A stretch of 63,956 nucleotides of DNA, the filler included, from Gonapodya sp. JEL0774 (Eukaryota), in the NCBI GenBank assembly GCA_027604505.1. It is 4 parts of 4 records of this genome, joined end to end, with 100 filler letters (N's around TTAATTAATTAA, not from the genome) between each part and the next. Parts side by side here need not be neighbours in the genome. Positions count along the whole stretch, not along the records: positions 36,568 to 54,437 come from JADIIX010000265.1; positions 54,538 to 63,956 come from JADIIX010000412.1; 2 more parts are not named here. One strand, written 5' to 3'. The notes under the pieces were generated by a model. That model was not told where the DNA came from, ran no database searches, and saw nothing but the letters and a program-made list of their open reading frames with translations. The position numbers and the translations under genes are program-made. Below are positions 52,954 to 63,611 of the stretch, one piece after another (positions within the stretch are counted from its first letter, which is position 1; each line of letters opens with the position of its first letter).

Positions 52954-54437
52954 ATGGCTTATGCGTGAGCCCACGACTGAAAATTGCTTCCGATTATCCG
53001 ATGGGGTTCTGGGTTCAAAGGTGGCAATCATCACCGGAGCAGCCAGTGGATTCGGCGAAGGACTTGCTTGGCGGTAAGTACCTATACGGACCTGGCTCAT
53101 ATGAAGTCGCCATGACGGAATCGTCCTCTTTTATTCTGTATTATATGACAGACTCGCGGAACAAGGTGCAAAAGTTGTCCTCGGTGACACCAACAATGCC
53201 GGCCACCAACTTGCAAAGATGATCAATGACAAGTGCGTTATTATGAGGCGCTTGGAGAGTGGACCATTGGGGACAATAGAAGTTGCTCATCATATCCTCA
53301 ACAACTTCGGTCGTTGCAGGATGGGTTTGAAAGCCGCTGTCTTTGCAATCTGCAACGTCACAGTTTCTACGGATATGAAAAATCTGTTTGATCTTGCCAA
53401 GGCATCTTTTGGACGGGTGGATGTACGTCGCTTTTCGTCAATCGATGGGTTCAATGTTTTCGACACTCTGATTTCTTCCCCGCCAATCAAGATATTCGTC
53501 GGTAACGCCGGTATCCCCGAGCGAAGGCTCTTTGCAGAAGATGTGGATGATACCTGGCATACAGTTGTGGCGGTTGATTTGATCGCCGTTGTTCAAGGGA
53601 CACGGATGGCCATCACCGAGTTCAAGAAGGCTGGCAAGCCTGGAGTGATTGTGAACACGGCAAGCATGGGTACGTCATGCACCTAGAAGTGCTTCTCGTG
53701 GTGCTGGTGTGAATCAACTCGTCTCTCTTCGCGTGTAGCCGGTCTCATTCCTGTGCCGGAGATGCCGGTTTGTGAGTCGATTTTGTTTGTTTCGGGCAAC
53801 TACACTGCTTTTATTTCACATTGCTTCTCGTCTTAAACGGTTCTCAGACTCCGCCGCCAAAGGAGGGGTGTGTAAAATCCAGTAGATGGTCACGACAGAT
53901 CGCAACACTCACCACACATTGTGGGAATCATACAATTATCTTACAGCTCGTCCACTTCACGAGATCTCTTGGTCGGCTGAACTCCCAGCTTGGCATTCGA
54001 GTGAACTGTGGGTACCCTTTTCCAGCCATTCAATCTGCGGGAAGTGTAAACTGCAAGCTCCCCACATTTTGTACACTCATGTCAGGCGTTTGCCCTGGCG
54101 GTGCCGCGACCAATATTTTCAATCACCCCTTGGAGAAGGTTATGGATGACGGCACTGTTGTTCGACTGGAACGATCCAAGATCAGTCACGGGTCGTGGTT
54201 GAGCATCGGGCAAGGTGGGCAACACTGTGGTCTTGGACCAGCCGGTGCACTTGGATTTACGTCGTTTTGAAATCTATCTGTAGTCGTAGACGCTCTGATG
54301 CATGCCATTGAAGATGAATCAATTTACGGTGAGTGATGTTCACTGCTATGATATTTTCAATGCAGCACTTTAACCCCAAAACAGGGCAAGCACTTGCAGT
54401 GACGATTGAAAAAGGTATTCAAATTAGGTACCATAAT
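52954..54437 (+). CDS. Short-chain dehydrogenase/reductase (15-hydroxyprostaglandin dehydrogenase-like), many introns, runs to the contig end
   Basis: KVAIITGAASGFG, GNAGI, IVNTASM, SAAKGG, GIRVNC. Confidence 0.85.
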
Positions 54438-54537
54438 NNNNNNNNNNNNNNNNNNNNNNNNNNNNNNNNNNNNNNNNNNNNTTAATTAATTAANNNNNNN
54501 NNNNNNNNNNNNNNNNNNNNNNNNNNNNNNNNNNNNN
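54438..54537. other. Artificial contig linker
   Basis: N-flanked TTAATTAATTAA at 54482-54493. Confidence 0.95.
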
Positions 54538-54802
54538 CTCCATCATGACATCGGCGGGACATTTCACCAGCCACGCTCACAAAAATATACTGTTTGTTTC
54601 CTTTATGTGGTGCTTTCTTGAAACAACAGTCCAGCACGTTGGTCGACGCTGCATAACCCGTTCCGTCACCAAGCCATTTGGTGCCACCAACATTTCCTGG
54701 CATGATGGCGTAAAACTCTGCGATGAAATCTTTCACTTTATCAGGCGTGCTCACAGAAACCGGTCCATCCACCTCCCAGTATAGGTCGAGATTGGCCTGC
54801 AT
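54538..54802 (-). CDS. Paralog of the primase-helicase lacking the Prim-Pol domain (3' truncated by the contig end)
   Basis: MQANLDLYW|EVDGPVSVSTPDKVKDF...HKGNKQYIFVSVAGEMSRRCHDG aligns to the start and then the Zn-finger region of 55892-58750. Confidence 0.85.
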
Positions 54803-54877
54803 TGCAAAAGATCGTAACAAAATCTTTAATTTTTAAAATGGTGGTGATGGGATGAGATCTGAAACTTTTCGAAACCA

Positions 54878-55035
54878 TTACAGGATGGGGATGGGGATGG
54901 GGATGGGGATGGGATGGAAATCTTCAACTATCACAGGATGGGGATGGGATGGGATGGAAATCTTCAACTATCACAGGATGGGGATGGGATGGGATGGAAA
55001 TCTTCAACTATCACAGGATGGGGATGGGATGGGGA
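54878..55035. repeat. 40-bp GGGAT-rich tandem repeat (~3.5 copies)
   Basis: TCACAGGATGGGGATGGGATGGGATGGAAATCTTCAACTA at 54931 and 54971, partial at 55011, and a longer variant at 54878. Confidence 0.95.
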
Positions 55036-55098
55036 GTCTGAAACTTTCGAAAACTCTATTAGGATCCGTGATTGCAACTTTCGCTTTTGCACAATCCA

Positions 55099-55810
55099 GT
55101 AAAGGTGTAAAGTAGACTTTGAAACTCAACTGTAGTTGCAGAGTTGTGTTCCAATCTGTACATTTTTTACGCTCCGTAGTGTTAACTTTTCTATATCATC
55201 TTTACACCTTTACATCTTTACATGTAGGCAACTACTGTCAACCTGCCTGTACAAAAGGTGTAAAAACGTGTAAAGATGTAAAGATGTAAAGGTTGTGCAC
55301 CACTGTGAATTTAATGTACATATGTAAAGGTGTAAAGGTGTAAAGTAGACTTTGAACTCAAATGTAAGTTGCAGAGTGTATTTTTACTCTGTATACATTT
55401 GTTTATGCTCCGTAGTGTTAACTTTTCTAAATCATCTTTACACCTTTACATCTTTACATATAGGCAATTACTGTCAAACAGCCTGTGCGAAAGGTGTAAA
55501 AACGTGTAATGATGTAAAGATGTAAAGGTTGTGCACCACTGTGAAGTTTAATGCATATATGTAAAGGTGTAAAGGTGTAAAGTAGACTTTGAACTCAAAT
55601 GTAGTTGCAGAGTTGTATTGCACTCTGTACATTTTTTTTTTGTTACGCTCCGTAGTGTTAACTTTTCTATATCATCTTTACACCTTTACATCTTTACATA
55701 TAGGCAATTACCGTCAAACTGCCTGTACAAAAGTTGTAAAAACGAGTAAAGATGTAAAGGTTGTGCACCATTGTGAAGCCCGGTGTATATGTTAAGGTGG
55801 AAAGGTGGTG
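55099..55810. repeat. Three ~235-bp AT-rich tandem units with inverted 8-bp iterons (putative replication origin)
   Basis: GTAAAGGTGTAAAGTAGAC at 55099, 55332 and 55569; each unit has TTTACACC/TTTACATC runs facing TGTAAAGA/TGTAAAGG runs. The repeat is certain; the origin role is inferred. Confidence 0.9.
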
Positions 55811-55891
55811 TAAGGGTGATGAAATAAAAATGTTGTGTCGTTTTCTAATCTGGTGTTTGTAGCTTTTATTTTTTATTCTCTTTTCACATTC

Positions 55892-58750
55892 TTACAGTGT
55901 TATCGCGTCGCTCTGAGCCCACGCATGCCCAAGAACACATGTGTTCTTACCGCGAATCAGACCGACATTCTTTCCCATTTGCCTGAGTTTGCCGCCAATA
56001 TCGCGAATTGCTTTCAGCCTTCCACCTCTTCTTTGAGAGTTAGACTCCACAAATTCAGGGTAGTGTACTTGCAGTGCCGCTTCACCATGCCTCGATATAT
56101 ACCACCTGCGGAATAGTATGAGGATTTCGTCAAGAGGTATATCACTCTCTCTATCGGCCACAATCGATTCTTGAAGATAGTCCCACAAGGGATTGTTGCT
56201 GGCAATGTAGTCTTCACGCCTTTCTTGCACCTCCGCAGGTCTCTCCAGTCCCTCCGTTCGGAACTTTTTGTAGTAGTCAAGGAGCACTCCCAGGAAAGCG
56301 TTTCGCCACTCTCTACCGAATCGGTCAGCCATCTTTGCGTCAGCGCGGTACACGTGATTTGCACTGTCAGTGATACCACTGACAACAAATGAAGAAGTGA
56401 AGGGCAGAATATCGATTCTACGCGTTGCCCCATCAGATGTATCGTCAGCGAAGCTTGGGGCGTGGTTGACACAAATTGCAAAGTGCCATTGTGGCTCAAT
56501 TGTCACCTCTTCACGTGCATACACCGCGCGGTTTGAGATTTTGTTAGCTCCTGTGAGTTCCTTTATGACCTTGGTATTGATTTTTGCACCAACTTCAATC
56601 TCCTCACAGAACACTCCGCGTGCCCTTGCGATTTTTGCAATCGCTGAGTTGGGCGCGCGAGCGTCAGTACCCGCCTTCTGGGTAAATAACTCTGTTTTCG
56701 CCATTGCCCCATAGTCTCCGAGGACTGCCAGTACCGCTTTAGTGAGCATACTCTTGCCATTGGCACCACTTCCTTCAAAAAACATGAGCTTGGCATCTTT
56801 GATCTCCCCAGAGAGCATTGACGCAAGGAACTTCAGAAGATAATCACGGTTCTCAACGTCTGGCTGAATTTGAGTCAGCACCTCCATAATGCAACCCTTC
56901 ACGGCCTCATCGCGTGCCTCAGTAGCGTTGAAAGCATAACCAGTGCTCATAGTAACGTAGTCAGCTGGCTGAGCATCTCTGAAGTACATGGGACTTCCGG
57001 CCACGAATGCATCCAAGTCAAGAACGCCGTTCTCAAAGCCCAAAAGATTGCGCCTCGCGTCTCTGAGTCTCTGAAACTCAGCGCTCTTCTTACCAAAAAA
57101 GTTCTCGGTGAGTCCCATATAGCCTTTTAGCTTGTAAGGTTCACCAATTGCAGTGAGTGTGTCGCTGATCTTCTTCGCCTTGCGTGGTTCGTTGAGATCG
57201 GCGTAGTGATTCCATGCGCGGTTATAGTGTCCGCGGAAGTCACTCGCACTCAATAAGAGCCTCGCGATATTCGTGAGACTCATTGGCGTCCACTTGCCAT
57301 CAGTGAAGGCGACCCATGTTTTGCTTCTTTCAGCGTCGTCAACATGAACGACATCCGCATCAGCGTAGTACTCCTCTATAAAATCCGCAATGAGCACCCC
57401 ATCGCCTGTCAACGAGAGAAGGAATGCATTGTTGAGTCGGTCCGACTCAAAGAATTGAACATTGTCCTTGACAAATTCGTTCGGCCCAATGTCAGTGTCG
57501 CTGATATTGTTGTTGATGGTAATGTTTGTAACATTAAATTGCTGTATGACAACAAAGAATTTTCCAAGATTGGCATACTTGTCCGTTGGAACGGCAATGC
57601 CACCGTTGGCTGGAACTTTGAACAAGCAACCTGCAGTGTCGCAGGATATGACTAGTCCCGTACTGCTTGTAGTTGCACTTAAAGAACCTTTCCCACACAA
57701 AATACATCGGTCTTGTCCATAGCATTTCGTCAAAGTACCTTCGAATCCCTTCGAGTCGGGTTTCAAGACCATCGTTATGGCATCGTTGCCCGGAACCGCG
57801 TAGTTCACATGTTCAGCAGCTTCCTTACGAGCGAGCTCTACGAGCTCCGGATTGACAAAGGGCTTCACAGGGAATAGCTCCCGGAGCACCTGAGCAATTT
57901 CCTGAGTGATCTTTCGAGTGCCCCACTTCTTATCTCTACACTCTCCATCATGACATCGGCGGGACATTTCACCAGCCACGCTCACAAAAATATACTGTTT
58001 GTTTCCTTTATGTGGTGCTCTCTTGAAAAAGCAGTCCAGCGTGTTGGTCGACACTGCATAACCCGTTCCGTCGCCAAGCCATTTGGTGCCACCGACGTTT
58101 CCCGGCAAAATGGCAAAGAAGTCTGCGATGAATTCCTTCACGACATTAGGCGTGCTCGCCGAATCCGGCACATCCACCTGCATGTGTGGACGATGACCGA
58201 TACGTTTGCTACCACCTGCACTTTCACGCAGCGCCTTTGCCAGCCATTCTGGCATTTCCTCAAGTTCGCGCTCCCACGGTGAGAAGCCATCCAGCCATGT
58301 GTATCGCCGTAGGTCTGGCTCTCCCGGAACCTGAAACGAGCTCGGTGGAGCTATGATCATCCCACCGTGACTTCGCACATCTGCACAACCGCCGAGAAGG
58401 TCGGATGTGGACTTGATGTCCGCGAGGGCTTCGCTCCATCGAAAGTAGAGATGGCGGCCACCTCGTTGCGATCGAGCGGTGACTGTGTCCGGTTGACTTT
58501 GGCCGACATCCTCGAGGAATCGTTCCCAGCCGCTGACGTCGTCAATGTCTAAAACGACTATACCAGAAGCAGGGCCAGTCTGGATCGCGACGGCGTTTTT
58601 GAGAGGTACGTTCTTCGCTGTGTCCAGATCAAGGTTTTGCCAGTTTCGCGGAGGTTGCAGGTCTTTCTTGTTACGCTGTTCATTCCAGGAAAGAGATATT
58701 GGGAATGCAACCCATTTCAGCTGCCAGTACGGGTTGAGATTGGTCTGCAT
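55892..58750 (-). CDS. Intronless 952-aa Prim-Pol primase/polymerase + Zn finger + D5_N + SF3 helicase (viral/mobile-element D5-like)
   Basis: AIQTG..IVVLDIDD, SQRGGRHLYF, DVRSHGGMIIAPPS; C..H..N...CHDGEC; LLGFENGVLDL, YVTMSTGY; Walker A GSGANGKS, VFCEE, IKELTG, CVNHAP. The start at MQTNLNPYW is supported by the paralog. Confidence 0.93.
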   Translation of the reverse strand: MQTNLNPYWQLKWVAFPISLSWNEQRNKKDLQPPRNWQNLDLDTAKNVPLKNAVAIQTGPASGIVVLDIDDVSGWERFLEDVGQSQPDTVTARSQRGGRHLYFRWSEALADIKSTSDLLGGCADVRSHGGMIIAPPSSFQVPGEPDLRRYTWLDGFSPWERELEEMPEWLAKALRESAGGSKRIGHRPHMQVDVPDSASTPNVVKEFIADFFAILPGNVGGTKWLGDGTGYAVSTNTLDCFFKRAPHKGNKQYIFVSVAGEMSRRCHDGECRDKKWGTRKITQEIAQVLRELFPVKPFVNPELVELARKEAAEHVNYAVPGNDAITMVLKPDSKGFEGTLTKCYGQDRCILCGKGSLSATTSSTGLVISCDTAGCLFKVPANGGIAVPTDKYANLGKFFVVIQQFNVTNITINNNISDTDIGPNEFVKDNVQFFESDRLNNAFLLSLTGDGVLIADFIEEYYADADVVHVDDAERSKTWVAFTDGKWTPMSLTNIARLLLSASDFRGHYNRAWNHYADLNEPRKAKKISDTLTAIGEPYKLKGYMGLTENFFGKKSAEFQRLRDARRNLLGFENGVLDLDAFVAGSPMYFRDAQPADYVTMSTGYAFNATEARDEAVKGCIMEVLTQIQPDVENRDYLLKFLASMLSGEIKDAKLMFFEGSGANGKSMLTKAVLAVLGDYGAMAKTELFTQKAGTDARAPNSAIAKIARARGVFCEEIEVGAKINTKVIKELTGANKISNRAVYAREEVTIEPQWHFAICVNHAPSFADDTSDGATRRIDILPFTSSFVVSGITDSANHVYRADAKMADRFGREWRNAFLGVLLDYYKKFRTEGLERPAEVQERREDYIASNNPLWDYLQESIVADRESDIPLDEILILFRRWYISRHGEAALQVHYPEFVESNSQRRGGRLKAIRDIGGKLRQMGKNVGLIRGKNTCVLGHAWAQSDAITL

Positions 58751-58785
58751 TGCAAAAAATCGTAACAATATTTTAAGTTTTAAGT

Positions 58786-58830
58786 TGGGATGGGGATGGG
58801 GATGGGGATGGGATCGGATGGGATGGGATG
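58786..58830 (+). repeat. (GGGAT/GGGGAT)n tract upstream of the primase-helicase start, G-quadruplex-like
   Basis: TGGGATGGGGATGGGGATGGGGATGGGATCGGATGGGATGGGATG. Confidence 0.8.
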
Positions 58831-58980
58831 CCACAAGAGGATTTGGAAGCCTGTTACTGCTGATGGGAAATTTGGAATCAACGCTAGACGCATAGTTACA
58901 CGATGGGTACTCGTTTATTATGACCCTTGCTGTATTATTAACACCACCTGACCCAAACACTGTATAAAAACTCATACGAA

Positions 58981-61591
58981 TTACTCATATTCACAAGGTT
59001 CAGACGAATCCGAATCCAAATCCGAATCCGAGTCTGGTGTCGGGTCAGGTGTCGAGTACTTTGAGGTTGTCCTAGACGATACGTTGGCCTTGACACCTTC
59101 CATCATGGTAAAATTCACACGTCGCTGCCCCACATGGCAGACAATGGATTTTCTACCATTCCCAGGGAATGCCACCCATGGAAGACCACATGAAAGCGCG
59201 GTCCGAACAATTGGTGTATCGGTGACGAGGAAGTCCGTGGTGATCGGGGCCCCCTTACGGTGGATGAGTGATGTGGTTGTCACATGGAGTTTGTCTCGCT
59301 TGCCACTATCGACAGCCCAAGACACCGTCTTACTTGTGAAACGGTTTTCGGTACATGCGGGCTGGGTTCAAGAAACGATCAATATGCGCATTTCAACGAG
59401 CAAAACCAAATGTGACAACGTACAAAGTTTGACACATATGATCCGAAAATGCGGTTCAATTCCTTAGTCGGAATACTTGTCTTGCTTTCGCTGCTACCGG
59501 ATGTAACGATGGGCTGTTGTACGAGATACTTTTTCACTCGAGCCAAAAAAGCGTTCGCATCTTCTCCTGCAATCACAGCTGCAGTCGAGTCGCGAGGTCA
59601 ATGAAGAGAATGCATCTGTTCTTACATGCGAACAGGCACTCACGGAGCTGTTCCCCTTCATCGTGAAAGGACCGCGCAACCGTTCCGACAGCGTCCGCCT
59701 CACTCGCCTGATGCTCCTCGAGTGTATCTGCAGATACGCTACCACCCGATATCTCCGCAATGGGGTCGTCGCGTCTGTTTCGTGCTGCACTAGCCTCCGT
59801 CTCAACGTCGGACAGAATGAACAGCGTTGCCGCGAGGTTGTCCGATGTGTTCTCGAGCACAAACGGTACCGTTGAATGAATCACTGAATTCATATTTAAC
59901 GCGTACACCAGGGAGTCCTTGATGAGGCGTAGGGTAGGCGAGGTGATAATTGCAAGCAGCTAAGTAGTGCAAGGGCACAATGTGAATCGAAGATTAGGTC
60001 CTTTTCTATGGCCTGCAAAGAAACACATACATGACGACTGGAACCAACGTCGACGGCCCAACGATCGCCGGGGGCGATACATTTCGACGTCAGCCGGGTC
60101 ATCGTCACCGAGAGACCACCGTCGACGTTGTCGTATATTTCTGCATATGAGAATGGTCCATTGAATAGTGTGTTCAAAATAAACAGAATACGACAGCGAC
60201 TCACTCAGCCCCGAAAGTGACAGACATGGTGAAGAGTCCTTTCCAGAGCCCGTACCCTCGTTGGTATGGGCAATGGGCTGCGCTCTTACACCGACATCCC
60301 GTGACGGGGGTTCCACCCGATGTATGTTGTCGATGACTTTCCCCTTGCCCTTAGATCGGTTCGGAGATGGCAAGGATGGTTGCGAGGGTGGCGGCGACGA
60401 TGGCGGCAGGTGTGATGGTACCGATGGTGCCGATGGGGTCGTGTGTTCGTGTCGACCAAAAGAGTCGCCGCCACTCGCCTCCTCTTCTCCATACCCTGTG
60501 ACTTCAAAGTCCACACCATCGCCACCGACTCCGTCAAAGTTCACGTCCGCCTCCGCACCGCTCTCCTCCTTATGCTCCTCCACATCGCCCCCCTCCTCCT
60601 CATCCTCCCGGTCCTCATCCTCGTCCCCTTCTTCGCCGCCCTCCTCATCCTCATCCTCATCCTCATCCGCCTCGTCCCCCTCTTCGCCGCCTTCCTCCTC
60701 GACCTCCTCCTCGGCATCAACCTCATGTACCTCTATTGTGGATGATGGGGGCTGTGATGTGGGTGGTGGTTCGCGTGTCGATTCGGCGAGGAGAGCAGCC
60801 TCCTGACTTTGCGCTGCTCGTTCTGCTTCTCGCTTTTCCGCCCTCCGTTTTTCGACATCGAGCAGTTGAGCCACTCGCACTTCATCCTCACGCCTCGCCA
60901 ACTCTCGCTTATCCTCCCTCAGCTTTTCCGCCTCACGAATCTTCTCCGCTCGATACTCAGCTTCTCTCCTTACTTCCTCGCGACTCTTCGCATCTCGCTC
61001 TTCAGCTTCTTGCCTTGCTGCCTCTCGCCTCGCCACTTCGACCTTCCTTTCCTCCTCCTGTTTCTCGCACGCTGCCCAAAAATATGCAGGGTTGGCTGTT
61101 CCGTGGGAAGTTGATGGGACATCGACGGGGGCACGAAGACCTGTTCTTCTGTAAATCACACATACGCATGTACTTGAGAGACTTGGAAAGCCCAGAGTCG
61201 ATACGGAGTGACATACGCACCTTCCTCTGACCCCCGGTTCGTACACAATCGTGCCTCGTTCGCGTCGATTCGCTCGCCTCAATGCTACATCTTCTGGAAC
61301 TACCCCGCTCGCGTTCCCTGATAGTTCAGTCAATGCTGGACGCGAAGGTTCCTGATTGACTCTGGGTGCGAGTTCAGTATCGGAGCAGAAGAGTTCCCCT
61401 CCGTGAGATGCGCTGGGATTGAAGTAAAATCGGGGGGCAGAAGAAGTTTTTGTCGAAGAGGCGGAGCGTGAGGAAGAAGGGGTGATGGTGGAAGCAGATG
61501 AACGGGAGGAAGAAGGGATGGTAGAAGAGGCGGAACGGGAGGAAGCAGAGGAGCGGGCGGGAGGAGCGAGAGACGATGCAGGTTGAGACAT
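58981..61591 (-). CDS. Hypothetical spliced gene, possibly disrupted (Ser-rich N-terminus, coiled coil, acidic tract)
   Basis: Long ORF 59960-61591 with a GTGCGT..TACAG intron near 61151-61220 and GTGAGT..GCAG near 60141-60206; downstream ORF pieces continue to 58981 with a break at ~59575. Confidence 0.5.
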
Positions 61592-61774
61592 TTGGTGGCG
61601 ATTGTTTGGCGATCGCGATTCCTTGCGGCTGTCGAAAGTGGCCGCTGGTGCTTGGAATGGTTGCGTGTCCCTCCGCCAGACTTATTTGTGTGCTCAGTCC
61701 AGCTGCACCAGGAACAAAATTTATGACCTTTGCTTAAGTTTACTTTTTGTCAAACCATGAACGATACATAAAGA

Positions 61775-62815
61775 ATGGCTTCACGAATTAGGAGTCGACG
61801 CTCAAAAAAACGCGCATTGGTCAGGCGAGGTGGAAGCCCAGGTAAAGTCGAGCCCAAAAGGATAGGTGAAGGTTCGTTCGGATGCGTGTATTCACCTGCC
61901 TTCGATTGCCTCAACAACGTATATAACACCGACAAACCTGACCAATATGTCACACGAATTGGTCGTAGGAGCGACGTGCTCGCAAGACTAGAACAAGAAG
62001 AACGTGTCAGATGGATTGATCCGGACGGAGAGTTCACTTTGATACACGAGAGATACTGTGAAAACACCACAGGAAAAGTGAATGAATCATGTAAGGTATG
62101 TCGAAAGGGGAATTGTTTTGCAATGATATATCGCAACGGAGGGAAGTCACTGCATGATTTGATGAAAGAACGGACACTCACATTTGAGAATATTTGTAGA
62201 ATCTACAGTCTTTGGGCTCAGGCATTGTCCCGCTTTCATGAGAAGAGATACATGCATGGGGATGTTCATCGTGGTAACGTTCTTGTAACAGAGAGCGATC
62301 ATGGGGATTTCAAGGTTCGCGTGATTGATTACGATTTTACACAAAGCTACCAAATGTACTACGACCATATTGGCAGAGTGCTTAATCAACATGTAAAACC
62401 TCTGGTCGCGGATTTTTCACCTCCTGACGAGGTACTGTGGGAGTATATTTTAGATTACAAGAGAGAACCTTTCAACACATCTAACTTCGACCATTTATTC
62501 CCACACGAGAATCTTGAACCATATTGGGAGACGATGGACTTGAATACAGAGAGGCAAAGACACTATAAGTATCTGTTTTCCAAATGGGGTTGGGATTATA
62601 TGGTGAAACTCCTAAACAATAGAGATGCGAGGAAGAAATTTCCGATGGCGAGAGATGTGTATATGTTGGGATTTGATTTTGCAACAACTCTGAATATAAT
62701 GCGTATGGCTCACAAAGTAGATGTCAAATATGTAAATCTCATCCAAAGTATGACACGGTTCGATCCAATGAAGAGAATTAGCCTATCAGAGGCCGCGGAA
62801 AAGTTCTTGGCTTGA
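61775..62815 (+). CDS. Intronless Ser/Thr protein kinase of giant-virus style
   Basis: Basic N-terminus ending RRGG, IGEGSFGCVYSPAFDC, HGDVHRGNVL, VIDYD, DVYMLG, DPMKR. Confidence 0.85.
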   Translation: MASRIRSRRSKKRALVRRGGSPGKVEPKRIGEGSFGCVYSPAFDCLNNVYNTDKPDQYVTRIGRRSDVLARLEQEERVRWIDPDGEFTLIHERYCENTTGKVNESCKVCRKGNCFAMIYRNGGKSLHDLMKERTLTFENICRIYSLWAQALSRFHEKRYMHGDVHRGNVLVTESDHGDFKVRVIDYDFTQSYQMYYDHIGRVLNQHVKPLVADFSPPDEVLWEYILDYKREPFNTSNFDHLFPHENLEPYWETMDLNTERQRHYKYLFSKWGWDYMVKLLNNRDARKKFPMARDVYMLGFDFATTLNIMRMAHKVDVKYVNLIQSMTRFDPMKRISLSEAAEKFLA

Positions 62816-63078
62816 ATTCGCTACACTGTGCAGGATGTTTGATGCAGAGGAGCGGGTGCACCAGGTGAAGTCCACACACAAAATGTCTGGCGAAGGGACA
62901 CGCAACCATCCCAAGCACCAGCGGCCACTTTCAACAGTCGTGACAGCCGCAAGGAATATCAATCGCCAAACAGTGGCCACCAAATGTCTCAATTCGCATC
63001 GTCCATCTCTCATTCCTGTACAAATCAAAATCGAGCACTCCTCGGAGTACGAGTTTTTTTTTCAGTACGAAGCATACT

Positions 63079-63383
63079 TCATGAACAATAAACGTGTTCT
63101 ACTACGGAAGAAATTGTGTGAGATCGTCAATGGAAATACTGGATTGAAGGCAGTCGATTTGATTGTGAAACTTTGCGGCGAGTCGATTCCAAATTGCGAT
63201 CAGTCTGACATACATGATGTGCTGGATGAATGCGTGAAGCATGGAGATGTAGTTGAGATCTCTTACGTTCTTCCGTCAATGTCATATCGAGAGAAATCAA
63301 TGTACTTCCCAGGTGGAACATCTTTCACCAAACTCAGACCGGCTCACTGCATGCACCCTGGTACTCCACTGGAGCGGACATAA
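63079..63383 (+). CDS. Small intronless hypothetical protein
   Basis: C-terminal part of ORF 62835-63383 from MNNKRVLL; globular-looking sequence (GDVVEISYVLPSMSYREKSMYFPGGT). Confidence 0.5.
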
Positions 63384-63611
63384 AAGGATCAACAACATGT
63401 ATTTCTCCCTATAGTGTCGTCTTTGTAGAGCTAGCAGTACCCAACTTGTGTATTCTTGGGCACTCGCTCGCATGGAGGGTGCAACTGCTTCTCAAAACCA
63501 TGGACATATATAGTCAAATATGGTCAAAACTGGACGTCGACGTCGACGTCAACATCTTCAAAAATTCGAGAAATATTTTTTTTGTGAGTGTAGATGTAAG
63601 AAAAGTATCAG

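Noticed and set aside
54878..55810. CRISPR-like array
   Set aside because: Units repeat along their whole length with no unique spacers, and no cas genes are present.
58751..58975. 75-aa N-terminal extension of the primase ORF (HPHPHP)
   Set aside because: It is read-through of the GGGAT tract; the paralog shares the leader and start only from MQ(T/A)NL.
63533..63550. GACGTCGACGTCGACGTC palindrome as the IS607 left end
   Set aside because: It may be just a hexamer microsatellite; element ends cannot be defined without other copies.
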